Shown here piece by piece: positions 17,660 through 24,700 of a stretch of 32,000 nt of DNA; position 1 is the stretch's first letter; the number at the start of each line of letters is the position of its first letter. The notes beneath the pieces were generated by a model. That model saw only the letters and a list, made by a program, of their open reading frames with translations, was not told the origin of the DNA and did no database searches. The DNA lies in NCBI GenBank assembly GCA_012838955.1, contig DUOH01000006.1, positions 1 to 32,000 of the forward strand, given 5' to 3'. This stretch comes from Bacillota bacterium. GTDB lineage: Bacteria; Bacillota; UBA4882; UBA10575. The translations under genes and the position numbers were made by a program.

Positions 17660-19576
17660 CTACTCACCGGAGAGCGCGGCTTTTTCCAGACTGGAGTCTG
17701 CTTCTTTCATGGAAGCGGAGTCTTGTGCGGCCTGGTCTTCTTTGGCGTTAGGGTCGATGATGGTAATGACCGTCTGATGCTCGCCGAGCAAAAAATACCT
17801 GGTCGACTCGGTCCACACGAGATTTTCAGACATTTCCCCATCCTCACCAGGCCAGAGAAACTCCTCGACCGGCGTCTCCGGATCGGAATCTGTCTCCGCT
17901 GCCGCCGACTCCTCCGGCCCGGAGCTTTCACCCAAGGGAATGGCCTCCACCACTAGTTGATTATTGGCTGGTATGGATAAAAACTCGGAGATTAGGTCCT
18001 CCAAAGAGGTAATCTTCTCCCAGGTAGCCATCTCCGCTTTTTTTTCTTCATTATCCTCTTGAATTGAGGTGTCATACACAGCGCCATGTGCAGACAAGAT
18101 CCATTTACCCGGAGCCATGTCTTCCGGTAACGTAATCCTGATGGGCGCCTTCACCTCTTGGCCTCTGTACGGCAGAAGTCTCTGGTAGATAATGAACTCT
18201 TCGCCCGGCATAAATTCCTCCTTAGGTAAGTCGGACTTAAGTAATTTGGCGGATAGGCGCTTCGAATTGATTTCCATCTCCACCGATACGGAGGTGAGCT
18301 TGACCGGTTTATATTCGTTAGCGGATAACAACTGCAATAGTCTGCTTATTTCATAAAGGGAGGCCGCGGCTATATCCGATCCATAGTAAAAATTCTCTCG
18401 TTTGAGGTCGGAGATGTTCTCTCCTTTGATCTCAAAATTAACCTTGGCGCTGCCCGCTCCGATCCGGTCCAACCTCCGGTCCACCGCGTCCATGATTCCC
18501 GCTAAGATCAACCCCGGAGCCAACTGTTCGTCCTGAATCACACGGAATGAATAATGGTCCTCTTCTGTCTCTCGCTCGCCCCGAACCAGAACGGATACTT
18601 CGATAAATTCAGGGGCGGAGTCTAAGACTCCAGCAATTCCGGCCCCCCGGTCCTCGGTGATCCGGCCTACAGGCGAATACCCGACTCCGATCTTAAAAGG
18701 AAAGACCCTGCTGGTAACAGTATCGAGGATCTCCGCCCCTCCGAAGCCGTAATCGACCGAACCCCTGTTAAAGAAGGGATGCCCAAAGGCAAGAATCCGG
18801 TTGTCTTCAATCCAAGTCAGGGTGCCGATGGATTTCACTTCATAGTCGCCGTCCACCAAGGTGACGGAGATGGCGCTTCCCGGTTTTAATGACAAACGCC
18901 CTTTTTCTCTTGTTGAACCGGTGGCCGCCAATCCGGTGTACACCGGTAACAGATGCTCCCTGGTCAAGGTAGGGCAAAGCCGGTTGAAAGCACGTTTACC
19001 CAAACCGGAGATGAATAAGGGGGTCGTCACCGACCTGGCCTGTAACCATTTTTCTTCGCCCGCGGGCAAAACGGGTGGAAGGTCTGCGTCACTAAAGGCC
19101 ACTCCTTTATAAGCTTCCAGCCCGCCCCGGTAAAAGACCGCAGGTTTCTTTGGTTCCGAAGCGAGTGAGGGATAAGACCAGATCCGTAACATATCCTCAA
19201 TCGGGGTCACCAAACCATACTTAGGATCGGCATTTTGAAGACCATAGCCGATGGCGCCGATTAATTTGTTATCAATAAAGACCGGACTTCCGCTCATTCC
19301 GGCGGCAATCCCGCCCTCCGCGCCAAAGATATTGCCTGATACCTTAATCAAGATAAAATTCTGCACCGACCCGCTTCCTTTGAGTAACCCAATGACTCTT
19401 ACAGAGAAAGATTCAATCTTATCTCCGGAGACTACGGTATATCCGGTTCCTTTCATGCCGGGCCGGATGGCGGAGACCGGCATAAACCCGCTGTCCGCTG
19501 CTCCGGTCTGTAGCGATCCAGGCCATAAAATCAGTAATAACAGTAAAAATACCAACGCTCTTTTTCTAAATTCCAC
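17660..19576 (-). CDS. secreted peptidase S55 (SpoIVB-type) domain protein with a long uncharacterised C-terminal region and acidic tail
   Basis: 638 aa with a GTG start and a signal peptide ending LQTGA-ADS. Shows GIAAGMSGSPVFIDNKLIGAIGYG...GLVTPIEDML (serine-protease GxSGxP motif, aa 93-98) and KSIGTLTWIEDNRILAFGHPFF (aa about 249-269). I recognise nothing in the last 300 aa or so. The C-terminal 100 aa are rich in Glu/Asp/Ser. Confidence 0.7.
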   Translation of the reverse strand: MEFRKRALVFLLLLLILWPGSLQTGAADSGFMPVSAIRPGMKGTGYTVVSGDKIESFSVRVIGLLKGSGSVQNFILIKVSGNIFGAEGGIAAGMSGSPVFIDNKLIGAIGYGLQNADPKYGLVTPIEDMLRIWSYPSLASEPKKPAVFYRGGLEAYKGVAFSDADLPPVLPAGEEKWLQARSVTTPLFISGLGKRAFNRLCPTLTREHLLPVYTGLAATGSTREKGRLSLKPGSAISVTLVDGDYEVKSIGTLTWIEDNRILAFGHPFFNRGSVDYGFGGAEILDTVTSRVFPFKIGVGYSPVGRITEDRGAGIAGVLDSAPEFIEVSVLVRGERETEEDHYSFRVIQDEQLAPGLILAGIMDAVDRRLDRIGAGSAKVNFEIKGENISDLKRENFYYGSDIAAASLYEISRLLQLLSANEYKPVKLTSVSVEMEINSKRLSAKLLKSDLPKEEFMPGEEFIIYQRLLPYRGQEVKAPIRITLPEDMAPGKWILSAHGAVYDTSIQEDNEEKKAEMATWEKITSLEDLISEFLSIPANNQLVVEAIPLGESSGPEESAAAETDSDPETPVEEFLWPGEDGEMSENLVWTESTRYFLLGEHQTVITIIDPNAKEDQAAQDSASMKEADSSLEKAALSGE

Positions 19577-19864
19577 TCATGTACAGCCCCTTAATCCTCG
19601 GCGCCGGTCGCCTGGAGCGGCGCTTGCCGCAGATCCGGCGTGCTCGCTTCCTCTCCACCCACCACGACCTTTGCCGTTTTTTCTCTAATTACCTACGCTC
19701 CCGGGAGAAATGCTCACCGGTTTTATCTATGGGGTCCGGGGTGCCACTCTTTCCCTTACTCAACCTAGAAAAGCGATTCGGATGAAAGCTCCGATCTGCT
19801 CTCTACTTATTCGGTTTTTCATGGAAATATCCTGCTTAAAATAGTATTACATTCCCTAGATCAT

Positions 19865-19896
19865 CCCCGGATTAATCTTCCCCCGGATTAATCCTC
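19865..19896. repeat. 16-bp tandem duplication ccccggattaatcYtc x2 with palindromic GGATTAATCC core
   Basis: Copy 1 at 19865-19880 and copy 2 at 19881-19896 share 15 of 16 bases. They lie 26 nt downstream of the pilB stop, within the 345-bp spacer before the S55 gene. Confidence 0.7.
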
Positions 19897-19921
19897 CCGC
19901 TCCGGTGCCGGACCGGCGCGC

Positions 19922-21625
19922 CTATTCTTGAGTAACCCTCAACACTTCGGACAAAGTGGTAATCCCGGCCTGCACTTTCTTTAAGCCATCGTCCCTCAAG
20001 GTCTGCATCCCTTCGCGAATAGCCTGGTTACGCAGGCGGGAGGCATTAGCCCGTTCCATCACTAATTTTTCAATCATCTCCGAATTAACGAGGAGTTCAA
20101 AGAGGCCGATCTGCCCTTTATATCCCAAGTGATTACACTTGTCGCATCCCACTCCTTGATACAAAAGGTTAGGAGGAGCTTCCACCCTGGACAAGTAGTC
20201 CTTCTCCATGGCGGACGGGGCATACTCCTCCAGACAATAGGGGCAGGCCTTTCTGACCAGTCTTTGCGCTAAAACCCCCCGTACAGTGGAGGCCACCAGA
20301 TACTCTTCGATCCCCATATCCAGCAACCGCGTATAAGCGCCAGCCGCATCGTTGGTGTGCAGAGTGGAAAAGACCAAATGCCCGGTAAGGGCCGCTTGGA
20401 TCGCCACCTCTGCCGTCTCTCGATCCCGAATCTCACCCACCAAAATAATATCGGGATCATGACGGACAATTGTTCTGATTCCTTGGGCAAAACCGAAATT
20501 AAGCCCGTGATTGACCGGGATCTGATTTACTCCGGACAGCTCATACTCGACGGGATCTTCTATTGTTATGATCTTTCTTTCCGTTTTATTCAACAAGGAT
20601 AAAACCGCATATAAAGTCGTGGTCTTGCCGCTGCCCGTCGGGCCGGTCACCAGGATCATCCCATGCGGCAAATTAATCAGACGGGTAAATTGTTGCTCCA
20701 ATCTTTCCATGCCCAGATCAGACAAGTTCAACAAGAGACTCTGCCGGTTCAGAATCCGGGCGACCGCGGCTTCTCCATACAAAGTAGGGACTACAGCCAA
20801 CCGCAGATCCAAGTCCCGGTCAGCGAGGCGGAATTTGATTCTACCGTCCTGGGGCAGTCGCCGTTGAGTAATATCCATGCCAGCCATTAGTTTGAGCCGG
20901 GAGATCACGGCGGCATACAAGTTCCGGGGAGGCGCCGGTCTCTCATACAGAATCCCGTCAATTCTATACCGAAGCTTGACTTCTTTCGCAAAGGGCTCGA
21001 AATGAATATCACTGGCGCCCAACCGTACCCCCTCGGTGATGATCAGATTCACCATCCGGACGATGGGCGCCTCGTTGGCTAATGACTCCAGACCGGTATC
21101 GTCGGTATCATCGATGTTGATGGATAGTGACTTTAAATCGTCAGCTTTGATCTCTTTCAACAGCGCTGAAACGTTATGCAATTTATCATGGTAATACTTC
21201 TCCAGAGCGCTGGTAATCTGTTCCTCCGTGGTCAAAGCAAGTTTCACATCTACCCCCAGCTCTCTCCGGAGTTGGTCCAAAAGCGTAATCTTCAAAGGAT
21301 TGGTACAAGCCACAGTAAGTGAAGAAGCGCTCTTTTCCACCGGAATCACTTGATACTTCTCAGCTTGCTGAGGAGTTAAACTAGCCAAGATCTCCTCGGG
21401 GATCTCTTCGGTGGACGGAAGGACAAAAGGTAAACCCATCTGTTCGGCCAGGATTCTTTTGAAGTCTTCGTCGCTGAGTACGCCCAGCTCAATCAGGATC
21501 TCCCCTAAGAACTTCCCATTCTCCCTCTGTTTGGAGAGGGCATAATTTAGTTGTTCCAACGAGACCAGTCCCTTATCGAGCAGGATTTCTCCAATATACT
21601 TCGGTTTCAAGGCAGCCAAACCCAT
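19922..21625 (-). CDS. pilB: type IV pilus / type II secretion assembly ATPase (PilB/GspE family)
   Basis: 567 aa. N-terminal T2SSE_N-like repeat (IGEILLDKGLVSLEQLNYAL...FLGEILIELGVLSDEDF). Walker A GPTGSGKTTT, Asp box, Walker B ILVGEIRD, His box. Tetracysteine motif CPYC...CDKC. Confidence 0.9.
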   Translation of the reverse strand: MGLAALKPKYIGEILLDKGLVSLEQLNYALSKQRENGKFLGEILIELGVLSDEDFKRILAEQMGLPFVLPSTEEIPEEILASLTPQQAEKYQVIPVEKSASSLTVACTNPLKITLLDQLRRELGVDVKLALTTEEQITSALEKYYHDKLHNVSALLKEIKADDLKSLSINIDDTDDTGLESLANEAPIVRMVNLIITEGVRLGASDIHFEPFAKEVKLRYRIDGILYERPAPPRNLYAAVISRLKLMAGMDITQRRLPQDGRIKFRLADRDLDLRLAVVPTLYGEAAVARILNRQSLLLNLSDLGMERLEQQFTRLINLPHGMILVTGPTGSGKTTTLYAVLSLLNKTERKIITIEDPVEYELSGVNQIPVNHGLNFGFAQGIRTIVRHDPDIILVGEIRDRETAEVAIQAALTGHLVFSTLHTNDAAGAYTRLLDMGIEEYLVASTVRGVLAQRLVRKACPYCLEEYAPSAMEKDYLSRVEAPPNLLYQGVGCDKCNHLGYKGQIGLFELLVNSEMIEKLVMERANASRLRNQAIREGMQTLRDDGLKKVQAGITTLSEVLRVTQE

Positions 21626-21752
21626 TACCCCTTCCTATTTTTCCCTGTTCATTATTGTTCGCTTCTACCCCGCCCGGTTCCTTCTGTAATATAATCATTT
21701 AAACTAATAAACTAATAACTCCCAGTGTTGCGCTGTACCGAGTCAGCCCGGC

Positions 21753-22499
21753 TCAGAAACTTAAAAAAGTATATTCACACCATCTGAATAAGAAGGCCAT
21801 GACCTTACTCTCTAAAACTACGAGAATTAAGGCAGAGGCCAGAAATGGACCGAAAGGAACAGGGGTCTTCCTATTGATCTTTTTTAAACAGAGCAGCGGC
21901 AAGAGCAGAACGGTTCCGCTACAACTGCCTATGAAGATAGCGGCTACAGTCTTTTCCCAGCCCAACAAGGCTCCGGCCACGGCCATCAATTTAGCGTCGC
22001 CCATACCCATTCCCTGCGGATAGAAGAGGGCGATCGCAAAGAGAAAACCCCCAGGTAGCAGACTGCCGAGAAAGGCTTCCAGCAATTGCCCTTGGTAAAG
22101 ACGGTATAAAAGGAAAAGCACGGCCGCAGGCAAGACAAGTGAATTGGGAATGATCTGATGTTCAAGATCGATGAATCCGATGACCAGCAGTAGATAGAGG
22201 AAGACTAAGTGTACAACTCCTGACAGATCAGGCTGAAATTTTGCCGCCCACCCCAAGGTGAGCAAGGCGGTTAACACCTCCACCACAACATACCTCGGGT
22301 TAATCCGGTGGTGGCAGTACCGGCAGCGTCCACGTAAAAAAATATAACTGAGGACAGGAATCAGATCCCCAACACCCAAACGATGAGCGCAAAGAGGGCA
22401 ATGTGACGGAGGAAAGACGATCGATTCCCCCCTGGGAATTCGATGAATCAACACATTCAGAAAGCTGCCGATGATGAGGGCGAAAATAAAGTATAACAT
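21753..22499 (-). CDS. pilD: prepilin peptidase / N-methyltransferase (A24 family)
   Basis: 248 aa. N-terminal IIGSFLNVLIHRIP, zinc-binding CPLC...CRYC, multiple TM helices, and GMGDAKLMA carrying the catalytic Asp. Confidence 0.9.
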   Translation of the reverse strand: MLYFIFALIIGSFLNVLIHRIPRGESIVFPPSHCPLCAHRLGVGDLIPVLSYIFLRGRCRYCHHRINPRYVVVEVLTALLTLGWAAKFQPDLSGVVHLVFLYLLLVIGFIDLEHQIIPNSLVLPAAVLFLLYRLYQGQLLEAFLGSLLPGGFLFAIALFYPQGMGMGDAKLMAVAGALLGWEKTVAAIFIGSCSGTVLLLPLLCLKKINRKTPVPFGPFLASALILVVLESKVMAFLFRWCEYTFLSF

Positions 22500-22608
22500 G
22501 GTATTAATCCTTTTACCCTTATCTATATGATTACGCGCACGGCTGCGCCCACCTTTCTATAATTCTCTGCCAAAATCTCCTCCCCTTCTTCCATGGCTGT
22601 GAATCTTA

Positions 22609-22662
22609 AGACCATGGTGGTCTAATGCAAAGCAACCACCCGACTGGGTGGTTGCTTTGCAT
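22609..22662. other. strong hairpin pair in the SLT-pilD spacer
   Basis: atgcaaagcaaccaccc-gact-gggtggttgctttgcat (22625-22662) has a 17-bp perfect stem. It is preceded by agacca-tgg-tggtct (22609-22623). There is no U-tract on either strand. Confidence 0.6.
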
Positions 22663-22784
22663 GTAGGCCAATTATTACTTGACGATTTCAAATACACGTT
22701 TTTATCTGCGGCGTTCATGTATGGCGTATAGATGCGTGACACATACAGAGGCGCCGCGCATATGATATGTATATAGGCCCGAAG

Positions 22785-23366
22785 TTACTTTGAAAGTTCC
22801 CGATAGTATACTTGCACCCTGCTCACATAATATCTGGTCTCCCGAGGCCAACTGGTGTTCTCCCTGATGTTCCTGGCAATCCTGGTCGGCCCGGCATTAT
22901 AAGCGGCCAAAGCCAGGGAGACGGAGTCAAATCGATCCAGCATCATCCTTAAGTACCGTGTTCCCCTGTCCACATTACCCCTGATATCCCGCCAATCAAA
23001 ATCCTGACATTTATCCGGCATGAGCTGGGTTAATCCCCGGGCTCCCTTGTGGGAGACGGCTGTTTTTCGAAATCCGCTCTCCGCCGCGATCAAAGAAGCA
23101 ATAAGGCGTGGATCCACTTTGTGCTTTTCAGAAGCCTCCATAATCGAGGCGATAGTTAACTTCAGATCCTCTTCCGGAATCCCGGGATAATGATTTTTGA
23201 TGAAACCCACCAACGAATCAATGAGTTCATAATAGTCGTGGTAATTCTTACTTATTTCCAAATGGTTCAAGTAATAATCGGACCATAAGGGAGCGATGAC
23301 CGCTTCCGCGCTCGTAAATAATAATAAGAGCGGCAGCAGGATAAACAAACAAATCCTTTGTATCAA
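22785..23366 (-). CDS. soluble lytic transglycosylase (SLT/GH23 domain) with signal peptide
   Basis: Catalytic region AESGFRKTAVSHKGARGLTQLMP...AAYNAGPTRI. The track start is 23411 (no SD). I prefer TTG 23366, 7 nt after AAAGGAG, which gives the signal peptide MIQRICLFILLPLLLLFTSAEA. Confidence 0.85.
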   Translation of the reverse strand: MIQRICLFILLPLLLLFTSAEAVIAPLWSDYYLNHLEISKNYHDYYELIDSLVGFIKNHYPGIPEEDLKLTIASIMEASEKHKVDPRLIASLIAAESGFRKTAVSHKGARGLTQLMPDKCQDFDWRDIRGNVDRGTRYLRMMLDRFDSVSLALAAYNAGPTRIARNIRENTSWPRETRYYVSRVQVYYRELSK

Positions 23367-23652
23367 CCGGATACTCCTTTCCTTGATAGGATATAAAACA
23401 TTCATGTCCATAATATTATAGGTGGGCCATATTATGGAATCAAGATGAGTTTTCCGGTTAGATAAAGAGTTATTTGATGTTTCCGGTATTTATTCCACGC
23501 TGTCCTGCTTCGTCCGAGTGTTACGCCGCTATTTTATGGGAAACAGCAGAATTTAAGCTTTCCGGCTGACCAAATCCGAAAATCAGCAGATATTAAGGGT
23601 ATTAGCCTCAAGACAACCTTTAGTAAACAAGGGGTTAAGATTCTTTTACTTC

Positions 23653-24447
23653 TTACTCCAAGCGCCCGCTACGAAAAGCCTGGAGATAATCGACACCGTA
23701 CTCATCCTCTCCCACTAGAAACCGAGTGGCATATAAGAGACCCATCAACTGTTGATCCAAAGGATCAAGAATGGCCGCATCAAGTCCGGCTTGGATGGCC
23801 AAGACCAGGAAAGACTGGTTAATCAACCTTCTGACCGGCATTCCATAAGAGATATTGGAGAGTCCGCAGATGATATGAATCTCCGGCCATGTTTCCCGAA
23901 AACGCTTAATCGTCTTCAGCAGAGTCACGCCGGCTTGGGGATCGGTGCCTACCGGCCTAACCAAAGGATCAAGATAGATATCGGACAGGGAAATTCCGGC
24001 GGAGACAAGCCCGTCAACCAATCTACTCCCGAGCTCGTACCGTTCTTCCACTGTATTGGGGAGGCCTTCGTCCCCCATGGACAGCGCCACCACTGCCGGT
24101 TTGTACTCTTGTAAAAGTGGAAGCAACTGACTGTAGCGTTGTTTTTCCATAGATATGGAGTTCACTATGGGCTTTCCTTTATGAACCGCCAAGGCCTTTT
24201 GCAAGGCCGCCGGGTTGGGAGAATCCAGAGATAGAGGGGTATCAACTTCCGCTTGCACCGTCTGCACCAACCAGGCCAGTCCCGCTGGTTCCTCCTCTAC
24301 CAAAGTGCCACAGTTAACATCGATAAAATCAGCGCCGGCCTCTTTTTGCTTTCGCGCCTCTTCTTGGATGAAAGCGGCGTCCCTCTTGACTACGGCCGGT
24401 TCAATCTGTTTACGGCTGGTATTAATCCTTTCGCCGATGATCAACAC
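23653..24447 (-). CDS. pterin-binding methyltetrahydrofolate:corrinoid methyltransferase-like protein (AcsE/MeTr family)
   Basis: 264 aa with a GTG start. MLIIGERIN..., DFIDVNCG, PLSLDSPN, IVNSIS, IYLDPLV and ICGLSNISYGMP...RRLINQSFLVLAIQAGLDAAILDP follow, from memory, the Moorella AcsE TIM-barrel pattern. There is no corrinoid-protein gene next to it. Confidence 0.75.
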   Translation of the reverse strand: MLIIGERINTSRKQIEPAVVKRDAAFIQEEARKQKEAGADFIDVNCGTLVEEEPAGLAWLVQTVQAEVDTPLSLDSPNPAALQKALAVHKGKPIVNSISMEKQRYSQLLPLLQEYKPAVVALSMGDEGLPNTVEERYELGSRLVDGLVSAGISLSDIYLDPLVRPVGTDPQAGVTLLKTIKRFRETWPEIHIICGLSNISYGMPVRRLINQSFLVLAIQAGLDAAILDPLDQQLMGLLYATRFLVGEDEYGVDYLQAFRSGRLE

Positions 24448-24643
24448 TGGCGTTCACTTCCTTTCTTGCTGGCCGCTGCTCCCGGTATCGTATAAATTAC
24501 CGCTCCCGGGGGAGTCCGGTATTCCAAACGGTAAAAGATCCGTGGAGTCGCAGTCATTGTATTCCCTATTTCGCGTAAGGTATCTACGAACTTGATGAGC
24601 AGCCGACCCCGACTAATCATGGACTTAACTGCAGATTATACCA
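24448..24643 (-). promoter_or_regulatory. extended -10 promoter (TGGTATAAT, 24635-24643) plus a roughly 180-nt structured leader of the methyltransferase gene
   Basis: The minus strand reads TTTGGTATAATCTGCAG. The leader contains AAATAGGGAATAC, the hairpin TACCGGACTCC-CCCG-GGAGCGGTA (24498-24521) followed by AATTTAT, and a second copy of ACCGGGAGC (24473-24489) that could pair alternatively. The RNA class is not identifiable by eye. Confidence 0.35.
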
Positions 24644-24700
24644 AAGGCGCCTAAGTATATTCTGGATCACAAACGAAAAATCCTGCACTGACCACCATCT

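Noticed and set aside
19579-19785. 68-aa plus-strand ORF in the pilB-S55 spacer, and a 20-codon minus-strand ORF (MKNRISREQIGAFIRIAFLG) in the same spacer
   Set aside because: The plus-strand ORF has no convincing SD and runs antisense to the local transcription direction. The composition looks like translated GC-rich non-coding sequence. Both are too short and unsupported to call.
21701-21720. Short tandem AACTAATAA x2 in the pilD-pilB spacer
   Set aside because: It has only two copies of a 9-bp AT-rich unit and is most likely a chance duplication. It was noted but does not merit a finding.
22557-22742. 61-aa track ORF (MSRIYTPYMNAADKN...CKATTQSGGCFALDHH...) in the SLT-pilD spacer; briefly considered as a small Cys-containing peptide or RiPP precursor
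   Set aside because: No SD precedes the GTG or the internal ATG. The CKATTQSGGC segment is simply the translation of the 17-bp perfect hairpin. No modifying-enzyme genes lie nearby. I treat the region as RNA or DNA structure instead.
24448-24643. Specific class assignment (cobalamin, THF-I or ZTP riboswitch) for the methyltransferase leader
   Set aside because: Only short fragments match each consensus. I could not assemble the B12 box, the THF pseudoknot partner or the ZTP CCGCCUGGGC element. It is kept only as an unclassified structured leader pending a covariance-model search.
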